Source: Rhodospirillaceae bacterium
GTDB lineage: Bacteria > Pseudomonadota > Alphaproteobacteria > UBA7985
Direction of reading: 5' to 3'
Assembly (NCBI GenBank): GCA_038141425.1
Contig: JAYQIC010000001.1
Coordinates: 348,940 to 412,939, forward strand
Length of the DNA: 64,000 nt
The notes below the pieces were generated by a model. That model saw nothing but the letters and a program-made list of their open reading frames with translations, did not search any database and had not been told where the DNA came from. The translations under genes were made by a program, and so were the position numbers. This document shows positions 36,740 through 47,402 of this stretch, piece by piece; within the stretch, counting starts at the first letter, position 1, and every line of letters begins with the position of its first letter.

Positions 36740-38896
36740 ATGAACCCGCCCCTGATCGCCGTGCTTGCTGTCGTTGTCGCCGTTGCCGGAGGCGCGGTTG
36801 GCTGGCTGGGGCGGGGCAGCGATTTCGGCACGCAACTGGCTGGCCCAAACGGTGCCACCGATGCCGGGTTTGTGCTGGTTTCCGCGCCGGATCAGGCGCA
36901 GCTGGTCTCGATCATGGACGCCCTCGAGGTTCCTGCAACGCCGCAGGCGGGCCTCTCTGGTGAAATAGTGGTCAACCTCAGCGCCGCGCTTTCGGCCCTG
37001 CGCGACCGCAGCGATGAGATCGCGGCCACCGCCGCCGCGCAGGCTGCAGCCCTGGAAAACGCCCGCGCCGAAGCCGAAGCGGCCCTGTCCACGCAGGCAG
37101 CCGAGCTGACCGCTGCCCACGAGGCGGCGCAAGTCGCGCTGGAGGAGGCGAACCTTGCCCTGCAGGGCGATGTCGAAGCCCGCGAGGCCGAGCTTGCTGC
37201 CGTGGCGCTGGAAATGGCGGATACGCAGCAGAAATACGACGGCACGCTGAGCCAGATCAACGCGCTGCAGCTGGAGCGGAACGCGCTGACGGCGGAGACG
37301 CAGCGGCTGTCTGAACTCTCACAGGCGAGCCTCGACCGGCTGGAAGCCATCGGCGATTCTGACACCGTGCTGCTGATCATCGAGCGCCGGCAGATCGAAG
37401 CCGCGCTGACCGATATGCGAGCCGAGCGCGATACCTTGCAGCAAACCCTGCTCGACCTGATCACCCAGATAGATTCGGCCAAGGTCGACATCGAGGACAT
37501 CGAAGCCGAGCAACAAACCCGCCAGCGCCTGCTCGAAGCCCTGAGGCTGGAGGGCGAGCGACTGACCACCCGCCAGCGCGAGGCAGAAGCCGCGCTCGGC
37601 CCCGCTGAAGAGGCTGTGTTCGCGGCCCAGACCGAAACCGAGGCCCTGCGGATCGAAGCCGAGGCCCTGCAAGACGCTGTGACCAGCAGCCGCGCCGATC
37701 GCGACCGGGTGCTCGACGCCATCGCCAGCTTCGGCGCCAGTGAAGCCAGTGGACAGGTGCTGATCAACGGCGACCCGATCACCGCCGAAGCAGCGGTGGA
37801 TACCCTACGCCGGACCCTCGAACGCGAGCAGCAGGCGCGCGACCAGCTGGTGGAACTGCAGACCCAGCTGGAGGCTATTTCCGCCGAACGTGAAGCCATC
37901 GACGCCAGTATCGAAGCCGCAGCAGCCGACCTCTCGGCCGTGGTTGAAGCCGAGGCCGACGCCCGCATTGCCACCGCCGAAGACCAGGTTGCTGCACTTG
38001 AAATCCGGCTGCTGGAAACCGCCTCGGAACGGGAACGCCGGCTCGAGACCCAGCTGAGCGAACTCGAAGCGACCATGGAAGCGGAGATCGCCAACGCGGT
38101 ATCAGAGCGGGTGACCGAAGCGCTGGCCGCGTCGATGAACGCCGGTGAGGCTGCCCTGCTGGCGCAGGCCGATGCGCGCGCGCAGACACAGATGGACGCC
38201 GAACTGACCCGACTGACTGAAACGCTGCGCAATCAGGCTGATTTGCGGCTCGAGCAGGAGCGCATCGCCCTGACCCGTGCCTTCAACGCCAACCTTGAAG
38301 ACCGCGCTGGTAAGCTGGCAACTGAACTGGCCCAGCGGCTGATCGAAAACGGTGAAATTGCAGCCACCGCCGAAGCCCGGGCCGAGGCCACGGAAAATGT
38401 TGCCGCCGCGCTGGAACTGTCGATCGACCGCAGCGCGGCCATGACCGCGATCCGTGAACGCCTGTACGAGCGCCTGCTGCAGACCGCGCAGACCGAATTT
38501 GGCTACGTGCACGGGTGATCGGCGAACGTTTGCTGCTGGAGTCAATGGCTTGTTCCCGGTCGGCTCACCGGACCTGTCCCGCGAAGGGCAGGAAGAGCTG
38601 CGCATTTTCGGGCAGCAGCTGGAACGCATCCTCGCCAGCCTCGATGACGAGGACTTCATGATCCGCGTCGATGGCCACGCCGATATCAAGCCCTATCTGT
38701 TCTCGCCCTACGGCAACTGGGATCTGTCATCCCAGCGTGCGGTGAGCGTGGTCGAGTTCCTGATCGAAAACACCGATATTCCGGCTGACCGGCTGATGGT
38801 CGCTGCCTTCGGGAGCATAAGCCGCTGGTCGAGGGTGAAGACGAGAACGCCCAGCGTCAGAACCGCCGCATCGAGTTCAAGCTGGTCCGCCGCTAG
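36740..38896 (+). CDS. Membrane-anchored giant coiled-coil protein with C-terminal OmpA/MotB-type peptidoglycan-binding domain, two frameshifts as sequenced
   Basis: N-terminal TM helix (PPLIAVLAVVVAVAGGAVGWL). About 550 aa of Ala/Glu/Leu/Gln/Arg-rich heptad-like sequence. Then an OmpA-C/MotB-C domain readable in ORF 38454..38915 and beyond (FPVGSPDLSREGQEEL...VDGHADIKP...NWDLSSQRAVSVVEFL...GEHKPLVEGEDENAQRQNRRIEFKLVRR*). Junctions at GGG 38513-38515 and GGG 38811-38813. The ORF track starts at TTG 36722. Confidence 0.6.
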
Positions 38897-38905
38897 GGAT
38901 CAGGA

Positions 38906-40402
38906 TCAGGGCTGAGCAGCTGCGCCGGTGGCCTCGGCCTGTCCTTGGGCCGCTGCCAGCGCCTTTTGACCCTCGTCGGCGACAATCGGACTGAAGCCAT
39001 AGGCCTGCGCCATGGTCCGGGTGTCCGCGAGCTTTTGCTCGAAGGCTGACCAATCGTCCTTCTCCTCAATCGGTTCCCACAGCGCCTCGATCTCCTCGAT
39101 CACCAGCGATGTCGGTCGGTCTGCGCGGAAATAAGGGTGATCGAGCCGCTCGGGTCGGTCGACAGCAAAGCCTGCAGCCATGGCCGAGACCTCGCGCCAG
39201 TCGTCACCCTGTGGCCAGGCGCGGCCGCCAAAGGCCCGGTGCAGGGTCTCGTCAAAGCTCAGCCCCGAGGTCTTGAGTGCGGCCAGAAACGCCTGCAGGA
39301 AGCGTTGATCGGCATCGCGATCGCCGCTGGCCAGCAGCCCCAGCCGCCGGAACAGCCGGTCCTCCACCGCTTGCGCCAGCACCCGGCTGTAGTCCTGCAA
39401 GGCGGCGATCAGGGCGGATTGCTCGGTCAGCTCGACCAGCGTCCCCGCGAGCTGCTGCAGGTTCCAGAATACGGCCTCGGGCTGGCGGCCAAAGGCGTAA
39501 AGGCCGCTTTGGTCAAAGTAGGCGGCGGTGAAGTTCGGATCCAGCCGGGGCAGGAAGCGATAGGGGCCGTAGTCGAAGCTCTCGCCGGTGATGTTGATGT
39601 TGTCGGTGTTCAGCACCCCGTGCACGAAACCGGCTGCAAACCAGTCCGCGACCGTCTCTGCGCAGTTCGCCGAGACCCAGCGCAGGAACAGCGGCGCGGC
39701 AGCGGTATCGCCCTGCCCGTCTTCGGCGCCGTAGGCCACGTCGTAAATCGCCGGCGCATAGGTCTGGCAGGCGTAACGCAGCAGCTGGCGCAGGTGTTCA
39801 GGCTCCTGCAGGAAATAGGGCCGCTGGAAGGAACCGATACGCACGTGACCGTGCGACAGCCGGGTCATGACCGAGGACCGCGTGGGCGAAGGCTCGTCGT
39901 TGCGGTGCAGGGATTCGCCGGTCTCGATCAGCGCGAAGGTCTTGGATGTGTTGACCCCCAGCGCCTCCAGCCGAGTGGTGGCAAGAACCTCGCGAACCCC
40001 GCCCTTGAGCGTCAGCCGGCCGTCGCCGAAGCGACTGTAGGGGGTCTGTCCCGAACCCTTGGTGCCGAAATCGAGCAGCCTGCCGGTGCACGGCTCCCGC
40101 ATCTGTGCGAACAGAAAGCCGCGCCCGTCGCCCAGATCGGGGTTGTAGTGCTGGAACTGGTGGCCGTGGTACTTCAGCGCCAGCGGCTGGGACAGCGAGC
40201 CTTCGAAGGGCTCAAACCGCCCGAAATGGGCCAGCCAGCGCTCGTCAGACAGCCCACCCAGCCCGATGCGCGCTGCCCAATCACGGTCGGCGTAGCGCAG
40301 CCGGGTCTGTGGAAAATCGGCAGCCTCCACGGGGTCGAAAAAGGCCTCACCGAGGCTCAGATGTTCGCGGGCGGGCTGAAACTGCGGTTCTGCCATCGGC
40401 AC
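38906..40402 (-). CDS. selO: Protein adenylyltransferase SelO (YdiU/UPF0061)
   Basis: Intact 498-aa ORF with typical SelO sequence (HGHQFQHYNPDLGDGRG, GTKGSGQTPYSR, GVLNTDNINITGE). An ATG at 40396 is an alternative start. Confidence 0.9.
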   Translation of the reverse strand: MPMAEPQFQPAREHLSLGEAFFDPVEAADFPQTRLRYADRDWAARIGLGGLSDERWLAHFGRFEPFEGSLSQPLALKYHGHQFQHYNPDLGDGRGFLFAQMREPCTGRLLDFGTKGSGQTPYSRFGDGRLTLKGGVREVLATTRLEALGVNTSKTFALIETGESLHRNDEPSPTRSSVMTRLSHGHVRIGSFQRPYFLQEPEHLRQLLRYACQTYAPAIYDVAYGAEDGQGDTAAAPLFLRWVSANCAETVADWFAAGFVHGVLNTDNINITGESFDYGPYRFLPRLDPNFTAAYFDQSGLYAFGRQPEAVFWNLQQLAGTLVELTEQSALIAALQDYSRVLAQAVEDRLFRRLGLLASGDRDADQRFLQAFLAALKTSGLSFDETLHRAFGGRAWPQGDDWREVSAMAAGFAVDRPERLDHPYFRADRPTSLVIEEIEALWEPIEEKDDWSAFEQKLADTRTMAQAYGFSPIVADEGQKALAAAQGQAEATGAAAQP

Positions 40403-41064
40403 TACTGTAGTCTTGCCGTGGCGATGATCCGGTTGAACTTGGCATTCCAGACGACCAGCGATTCAAAGCGGGTGGGCAGCATATCGCGGTTCTGCAACCG
40501 CCGGGGATCGATCAGGATGTTCCGGCTGCCCGAGAAGTGGTGCAGGGTCGACAGGGTCATGAACGGCGCCTGACTGATTTCGTCCCCTGTATTGGGTGCC
40601 GGCAGGTGCGACAGCCCAACGAGATAGCCCGGACCAGCGGGCAGGTTGAGGTCGGTCAGCCGCACGAAAAAGGTCTTGTTGGGGATGTAGTACAGCTCGG
40701 CGGTGCCAACCTGCCGCTCACGCTCGTCGAATAGCGAAATCTGTCCGCGCTTGAGCTGGAAGAAGTCTGCGGCCGCAACGCCGTCGTAGGGCGCCAGATC
40801 CTGCACGATCAATTCAGGCACGTAGTCATCGAGGAACAGGGCGACTTCTTCTTCCCACGTCCGGTCGCCGCGCGGTGGGCGGGGTTCGACCGGTTCGGTC
40901 GCGCGCTGCTCTTCGAGGCGTTCGGCCTGCATCTGGGCGCTGGTCGACCAGACCGGGTTGACCACGAACACGAAACACAGCCCACCAGCGATCAGCGCCA
41001 CCAGCCCCGCAAGACCGAAGGACACAAGGGTTCTCTGCCGCTGTGCGCCGCCGTGTACTGTCAT
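40402..41064 (-). CDS. Membrane-anchored DM13-domain protein
   Basis: 220-aa ORF with an N-terminal TM helix. The C-terminal half resembles the DM13 domain (GTAELYYIPNKTFFVRLTDLNLPAGPGYLVGLS ... SLVVWNAKFNRIIATARL). Ends 5 nt before the selO ATG. Confidence 0.5.
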   Translation of the reverse strand: MTVHGGAQRQRTLVSFGLAGLVALIAGGLCFVFVVNPVWSTSAQMQAERLEEQRATEPVEPRPPRGDRTWEEEVALFLDDYVPELIVQDLAPYDGVAAADFFQLKRGQISLFDERERQVGTAELYYIPNKTFFVRLTDLNLPAGPGYLVGLSHLPAPNTGDEISQAPFMTLSTLHHFSGSRNILIDPRRLQNRDMLPTRFESLVVWNAKFNRIIATARLQ

Positions 41065-41110
41065 CTGCTTTCGATCAGACCTCGCGTCCGAAACCAGTCT
41101 GCCCCTTTTA

Positions 41111-42521
41111 TCAGGTGCCCCAGCTCAGCGGAAACCGCATTTTCGCCGCCAACCGCTTGTCGTGGCCATAGACGTCCTCTTCCCAGTGCAGACGGTTGGC
41201 ACCATCGACCCAGACGGTAAGGTAGGAAATAGACACCGGTAAGGCGCGGCTGAGGCGCTTGGTCTTGGGTGTCCCCAGCGCCATGTTCGCCTTCACCTGT
41301 TCCATCGACATGGCGATAGGCTGGCCACCCATGATCCAGTGCGCCAGCCAGCTGGCATCCTCGACCCGGACACAGCCTGAGGAGAACAACCGCTTGGGCT
41401 TGTCGAACAGGCTGTGGGCGTTGGTATCATGCAGGTAGATCGCGCGGTTGTTGGTCAGCGAGAAACGCACCCCGCCCAGTGCGTTCGCAGCGCCCGAGGG
41501 CTGGCGTACCGTCACCTTGTCGAGGTCCACCGCCGTCCAGTCGATCGAGGCCGAGGTGGTTCGTTCGCCGTCGAGATAGACCTGCCAGCCCTTCTGGTCG
41601 AAGTAGGCGGGGTCGGCCTGCGCCTGGTTGAGGTAGTCTTCTTGAACAATCGAGCGCGTCGGGGTCCAGTCGGGGCTGAATTTCAGCGAAACAATCTGGT
41701 CCTGCATGACCGGGGTCTTGCGGCTCGAGCGGCCAACGACGACGGACATGGAGCGCACCAGCGCACCGTCTTCGAAGACCTTCGAGGGTCTGACTGGGGA
41801 TGTTGACGCGCAGGTCGCGCGGGGCGCCGAAGGGTTCATGGTCCCAGCGCAGGCGCTCCATATTCACCGCCAGCTGCTTCTTACGGGCGTTGGAGACCGG
41901 TCCCACCGCACCACCCAGAACGTCGCGCAGGCCGCGATAGCTGCGCCCCTGCGGCGGCAGGCTGGCGAGGAAAACGCCGAAGTCAGCCCGCTCGATGCCT
42001 TCACGCAGCAAATCCGGGCCTATGTTGCGGGCCTTGGGGTTATAGCGTCCCTGACGGACATCGGCGGCATAGGCCATCAGCCCGGCGGTCAGCCAGACAT
42101 CGCTCTGCTGCGGGTTGCTGCCCGCCAGCGATGCGCGGCGCAGCATGACCCCGGGCAGGTAGTCTTCGGCGCGCAGGCCCTCGGCCTCGGCGTTCTTGAG
42201 CGTCTGGAAGGTCAGCTCGCCCGCCCGGGTCCAGTTACCGTTGCGGTAGAAGGTCGTGTAGAACTGCTGCTCGTTGTAAAAGTCGCGCAAATCGGCGGTA
42301 CTGACGTCCGCCGGGGTCTTCATCTGGCTGATAAAACTGGGATTCAGCTTGAGCCCGAAGGTCATGTACACGGCGCTCGTGCGCGCATTTCGATTGTGCA
42401 TCCCGGGGCGAAAACCGGGGTCGGGCACACAGCCCGCCAATACCAGCAATAACGCAAGAATACCGGCTAAGCCGGCCCACTGCGGCAACTTAAATCCACG
42501 AGCAAACATGCTCATCCCCAT
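41111..42521 (-). CDS. L,D-transpeptidase (YcbB-like), one frameshift as sequenced
   Basis: Lipoprotein-like N-terminus (LLVLAGC). YkuD catalytic region (IYLHDTNAHSLFDKPKRLFSSGCVRVED). ORFs 41427..42521 and 41111..41839 join at about 41779-41780 (VNIPSQTLE|VFEDGALVRSMSVVVGR). Confidence 0.8.
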
Positions 42522-42557
42522 GAAAACAGGTTCGAGGTTTAACGGGGATCATCAAAA

Positions 42558-42581
42558 TTATCCCCACCCATATGTGGATAA
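42558..42581. promoter_or_regulatory. Inverted pair of DnaA-box-like sequences in an AT-rich intergenic region
   Basis: TGTGGATAA (42573-42581) is the reverse complement of the TTATCCACA consensus. TTATCCCCA (42558-42566) has one mismatch. The two boxes face each other 6 nt apart, upstream of the ldt start. Confidence 0.35.
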
Positions 42582-42654
42582 ATACTCGATTATCGCGTCA
42601 GATGTAAGCTAACACTTTCAATAATCACGAATTTGTTGACGGCGAGGCTCGGTT

Positions 42655-43356
42655 TTAGCGGCCGTAAAACAAGTCTGGGGTCAGTTCCAAGTCCGGAACC
42701 GCCCAATGGATGGTGCAGCGGCTTTCGTAGAGTTCGGCGCCGCCGATCTCGATCTGACCGCCCGATCCGGTCTTCTTGTAGGTCTTGGTCGAAGGCCGTC
42801 CGCAGACCGTGCAGACCCCGCGCAGCTTGTGCACTTCGTCGGCCTTGGCCGCCATGTGGGCGATGATGGGAAAGGGCTTGCCCTGCCAGTCCATATCGAG
42901 GCCGGAGCAAACCACGTCAATCCCAGCGGCGAGCAGGTCTTCGACGATCTGCAGGATGTCTCCACGGAAATTCGGGCTTTCAAAGAACTGGACCTCGTCG
43001 AAGAACACCACGTCGATGCTCTCCTCGATCATCTCTTGGGTGCGCTCGTCCCAGTCGACAACAGCCTCGGCGTCGGCGGCAAGCCCTTCGTGGCTGACGA
43101 TCTGCAGCCGCGCGTAGCGTTGGTCGAAGGCGGGCTTGAACACGCGGATCGACTGCCCTCGCCCGTTCTTGGCCCAGAGAATGCGCTTGAGCGTTTCGGT
43201 GGTCTTGCCCGCGAACATCGGACCGCAGACGACCGACAGGTGGCCGTAGGGCGGCTTTGGCTGCCGTTCACCGCCTTCGACCAGTGAAACGGTCTGGGTC
43301 GGCTGCTGCCCGGCTTCGGGGGCGGATTGAACGGGCTTGTCTTTGGTCACAGTCAT
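42655..43356 (-). CDS. tdk: Thymidine kinase
   Basis: Intact 233-aa ORF with P-loop GPMFAGKTTE, FFDEVQFF, and a C-terminal zinc ribbon (C.VCG...CTIHW). Carries about 40 extra N-terminal residues. Confidence 0.85.
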   Translation of the reverse strand: MTVTKDKPVQSAPEAGQQPTQTVSLVEGGERQPKPPYGHLSVVCGPMFAGKTTETLKRILWAKNGRGQSIRVFKPAFDQRYARLQIVSHEGLAADAEAVVDWDERTQEMIEESIDVVFFDEVQFFESPNFRGDILQIVEDLLAAGIDVVCSGLDMDWQGKPFPIIAHMAAKADEVHKLRGVCTVCGRPSTKTYKKTGSGGQIEIGGAELYESRCTIHWAVPDLELTPDLFYGR

Positions 43357-43360
43357 GGTT

Positions 43361-44146
43361 TCAATCGTTCAGAATATTCAGGGCGGCCTGGTGCAGCGCG
43401 GGCGTCGCCGCCGCCAGCACGGTGCCGTCGCTTTCAAGGGTCAGCGGCTCTCCGGCCCAGTCGGTGACCCGGCCGCCGGCGCCTTCGATCACCGGGATCA
43501 GCGCCATGAAGTCCCAAGGGTTCATGCTCGCCTCGGCGACCACGACCACGGTCCCCAGCGCCACCAGCCCGTAGGCGTAGGCATCGGCGCCGTAGCGCAG
43601 ATCACCGCAGGCGGCTCTCAGCACGTCGAAACGCTCGAACTCGTCTGGAGAAAACATGTCCGGTGCGGTGGCGGACAGCACACAGGTCTCCAGCACCGGT
43701 TCGGCACGCGCGCCCAGCGGCTGACCGCGGAACGTCGTCCGCGTTGCGCCCAGCGTCTGCCCCAGCCACCACTCGCCGGTTGCCGGTGCACAGATACCGC
43801 CAAAAGCCGGCTTGCTTTGGTGCATCAGGGCAAACAGATTGGTGAACAGCGGGAAACCACCGATGAAGGCGCGGGTGCCGTCGATGGGGTCGAGCACCCA
43901 GACAAAATCGCGGTCAGCGCCGATGGTGTCGCCTTCCTCCCCCACGATCCCGTGGTCGGGAAAGGTCTCAGCGATCATCTCCCGCCAGCGCAGTTCAATC
44001 GCCTTGTCGGCGCGGGTCACCGGAGAAACGTCCGCCTTGTGCTCGACGGCCAGATCGGCAGCGCGGAAGTACCGGTCCACCACCGGCACGGCTTCGGCCC
44101 GAAGTCGCTCGGCAAAGTCCCAAATCTCGTCCGGCAACATCACCAC
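43361..44146 (-). CDS. Inositol monophosphatase family protein (possibly a HisN-type histidinol-phosphatase)
   Basis: Intact 261-aa ORF with IMPase motifs (GEEG, WVLDPIDGT, WD...A). Confidence 0.8.
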   Translation of the reverse strand: MVMLPDEIWDFAERLRAEAVPVVDRYFRAADLAVEHKADVSPVTRADKAIELRWREMIAETFPDHGIVGEEGDTIGADRDFVWVLDPIDGTRAFIGGFPLFTNLFALMHQSKPAFGGICAPATGEWWLGQTLGATRTTFRGQPLGARAEPVLETCVLSATAPDMFSPDEFERFDVLRAACGDLRYGADAYAYGLVALGTVVVVAEASMNPWDFMALIPVIEGAGGRVTDWAGEPLTLESDGTVLAAATPALHQAALNILND

Positions 44147-44322
44147 CGACTTCCAGCGCCCTTCCCCAAGTGCGAACCATGCCCTTAAGTGGACTCGACC
44201 CGCCCGAGGAGTCCAGCAAATAAACGCGCATAATGCGCGTGCGCAGCACCCATTGTCTTTTTGCCGCTACACTTCATTTATGCGAAGGTAAGCCATCGCC
44301 AAAAGCACGAAATCATCGATCT

Positions 44323-45136
44323 ATGCTCGCTGTCATCTCACCCGCCAAGTCGCTCAATCTTGACCCCAGCCCCGCCTCGGTCCCCGCGACCACCGGAGCC
44401 TGTTTTCCAGAAGCAGGCGAAGAAGCTGGCCGGGCTGGCGCGCAAGCTCGACGCCGATGGTCTGGCGTCCCTGATGCAGCTCTCTGATGACCTGGCGACC
44501 CTCAACCGCGACCGCTTCAAGCGGTTCGGCAAGCAGGATCCGAAGGCAGCCCTGCTGCTGTTCGCGGGTGATGTCTATCGCGGGCTGGACGCGCAGAGCC
44601 TGACCGAAGCCGACCTGCTGGAGGCCAACGACCGCCTGCGCGTGCTCTCCGGGCTATACGGCCTGCTGCGGCCGCTGGACGCGATCGAGCCCTACCGTCT
44701 GGAGATGGGCACGCGGCTGAAAAATGATGCAGGCTCCAGCCTCTACGCCTTCTGGGAAGACCAAATCGCCAAGCGCCTGCTTGAGGATCTTGAGGCCAGC
44801 CCGGGCGCGCCGGTGCTGATCAACCTCGCATCAAACGAGTACTGGAAGGCAGCCGACCGCAAGGCCTTCACCGCCCCGGTGATCACCATCGGTTTCCGGG
44901 AATATCGTGGCGGCAAGCCGACGCTGATCAGCTTTTCCGCCAAGTTGGCGCGGGGGATGATGGCGCGGTTTATGATCGACGGCCGCGTGGAGCGCCCGGA
45001 CGACCTGAAGGCTTTTGCCCTCGACGGCTATCGCTTCGATCCGGACCTTTCGAGCCCCGAGGACCTCGATCTGAGCGTCCCGGGCGGTCGTTGGACCTGG
45101 GTTTTCTCTCGCCCCGATCCTCGCGAGGTTTTTTGA
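44323..45136 (+). CDS. yaaA: Peroxide stress protein YaaA (UPF0246), one frameshift near the 5' end
   Basis: ATG 44323 (MLAVISPAKSLNLDP) shifts at GG 44395-44396 into ORF 44261..45136 (PVFQKQAKKL...GDVYRGL...LSGLYGLLRPLD.IEPYRLEMG...). Confidence 0.8.
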
Positions 45137-46437
45137 AGCCAGGCCCCCGGTCGGCCCCGCCACACTGCGGCGCGCAGGCCGCCGTTCCCGCAAATCCTGA
45201 CCCGCACCACGCCCGGCCCGGGCGCGAACGAGATCGTCGTCGTCCTGCCGCGGCTCGCGGTGCTCTTCGGCGATCAGGCTCGGGATGGCGCGTGACGGGA
45301 GGGTCCGTCCCAGCAGCTTCTCGATCTTTTCCAGCCGCCGCTTGTCGGCGTCGCTGACCAGCGCCCAGGCCCAGCCGGGCTTGCCCGCCCGTCCGACCCG
45401 GCCAATGCGGTGCACGTAGTCTTCGGCGTGGATCGGCAGGTTGAGCATGATCACATCCCGCAGGCCGGGGATATCCATGCCCCGCGCCGCCACGTCCGTG
45501 GCGACCAGCAGCTGCGCCTTGCGCCGGCGGAAGATATTGACGGAGGCCGAGCGCTCAGCCGTGGTCATGCCACCGTGGGCGGGCACGGCGACGTGCCCCT
45601 GCACCGTGACGTGCTCGATCAGCTCCTCGACGGCCTTCTGCGTGGTCACGAACACCAGCGCCTGGCGCATGTTGCTCTTGGTCAGCATCAGGTCGAGCAC
45701 CTCGAGCTTGTGCTCGTGGCTGTCGCAGAACACCAGATTGTGCTGGATGGTTTCCGGGATGGTATCGGGCTCGGCCAGACCGATGTTGACCGGATCCTGC
45801 AGGATCGACTGCGCCAGTTCGCGCAGACCCTTGGTCAGCGTCGCGGTGTAGAGCGCGGTCTGGCGCTTGGTGCCGCACGCGCGGGCAATGCGCTGGATCT
45901 GCGGGCGGAACCCGACATCGAGCATGCGGTCGGCTTCATCGATGATCAGTGTTTCCAGCCGGAACATGGCCATTCGGTCGGCCTCGAGGTGGTCGATCAG
46001 CCGCCCGGGGTGGCGATGACCAGATCCAGCGGCTGCCGAAGTGCCTTGACCTGAGCGGGGAAGGGCTCGCCGCCAAGCATGCGCACGGCCTTCATCTTTT
46101 TGCCTGCGAATACGTCGCGCGCGACGTTCCACAGCTGCTCACCCAGCTCCCGCGTGGGTGAAAGAATGATGGCGCGTGGGCCGGGGCCAGAGCCCTTGGA
46201 CGGCTGGGACAGGCGGGTCAGCAAAGGCAGCAGAAAAGCCAGCGTCTTCCCCGTGCCCGTGGGCGCGGTGGCGCAGACATCCCGGCCGCTGACAAAGGGG
46301 CCGATAGCCTCCTGCTGCACGTCGGTCGGCGCCTCCAGCTCCAGCCGGGAGACGGCATTGAGCGCGCGCAGGTCCAGCCCCAGCGCTTCGAACTGGGTGG
46401 TCACGTCGGGTGAATTCTGGCTCGTATCGTCGGTCAT
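44831..46437 (-). CDS. rhlE: DEAD-box ATP-dependent RNA helicase (RhlE-like), one frameshift; 3' end uncertain
   Basis: ORFs 45997..46437 (Q motif, APTGTGKT) and 44831..46132 (IIDEADRMLD, YTATLT, HRIGRVGRAG, Arg/Gly-rich tail) join at CCC 46004-46006. The last ~100 codons of the open frame (44831 to about 45136) are antisense to yaaA and are probably not real. Confidence 0.8.
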
Positions 46438-46530
46438 GGGCGCACCATAGCCTGCTCGCGGGGTGGAAACCGCCGGAAAATCAACGCACTTGCCCCGCGT
46501 GCAGCGCGCAGGTTCGCCTGCCGTGGCTGA

Positions 46531-47402
46531 TCAGCCGTTCGGCGGCGCCATCCCGCACAGGGCCTCGACCACGGACAGGGAGCCCTCCAGACCCGCTTGT
46601 GACACGGGAACAAAGGGTCGCTGGCCGCGCACTTCAAAGGCCTCGATCACCGCCTGTCCCGGCCCCAGCAGCCAGCGGGCAAAGCCCTCGCCCCCGCCGT
46701 CAACGTTATCGCCATCGAAACCGAGCAACACCCCGTAAACGTTGCGCAGGCTCTCGCCCCGGCAGCCCTTGGGCACCAGGTTGCCCTTGTTGTCGAAGGC
46801 GATCCATGTTGCCGCGTCCGCCAAAACAAATGCGTCGAGGCTGGCCGCAATGTTCAGGGTTGCCCCCTGCCCAGAGCCGGATTTGCGGTACCACCTGCGC
46901 GCTGCGGGGCGTCAACATCGATCCCGGCAGCGGCCCAGATGCGCAGCTCGGCGCGGTGGGTACCGCTGTTGTCGCCGCGCGAGACGAAGGGCATCTCTCC
47001 TGCCGCGATGGCGCGGAAAAGGTCGATCACGTCCATGGGCACCTCTGCCTGCGACGGGCCGAGGATGATGTAGTCGTTGCGCATGACGTCGAAGCGTTCA
47101 GCCGCACCGCCAGCGTCGAGCAGCGCCTGCTCGCTGTCGGTATCGTGGACCAGCGCGCCACTGACGTCCTGCGCTTCGAGCAGCTTGAGCACCCGCCCGG
47201 TGCCACCGACGATGAACTGCAGCTGGTCGCCGGTATCGCGGCGGAAACCCGCTTCCAGTGCCGCCAGCAGGCCGCTTTCGCGCACCGCCGTGGTCCCGCC
47301 GATACGAATGGTGTCTGCAGCGGCCATCGCCAGACTGCACAACAGCGCCGTCAGGGCGGACACCAGCCCCAGCGCACAGGTTCGGATAGGCCCCAACATC
47401 AT
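46531..47402 (-). CDS. tupA: TupA-type (tungstate/oxoanion) ABC transporter substrate-binding protein, one frameshift as sequenced
   Basis: Signal peptide. Motifs IGGTTAVRESGLL and FVSRGDNSGTHRAE, then WYRKSGSGQGATLNIAA. ORFs 46854..47402 and 46531..46824 join at GGGG 46906-46909. Confidence 0.7.

Noticed and set aside
36900-38450. Apparent DNA-level repetitiveness (gcc/gag/ctg/cgc-rich) that might be a tandem repeat array.
   Set aside because: I could find no exact repeating unit. The pattern is explained by Ala/Glu/Leu/Arg codon bias of a coiled-coil protein.
42522-42654. Chromosomal replication origin (oriC).
   Set aside because: There are only two DnaA-box-like sequences. No cluster of boxes, no obvious AT-rich unwinding repeats and no origin-associated neighbour genes are visible, so I report it only as a DnaA-box pair.
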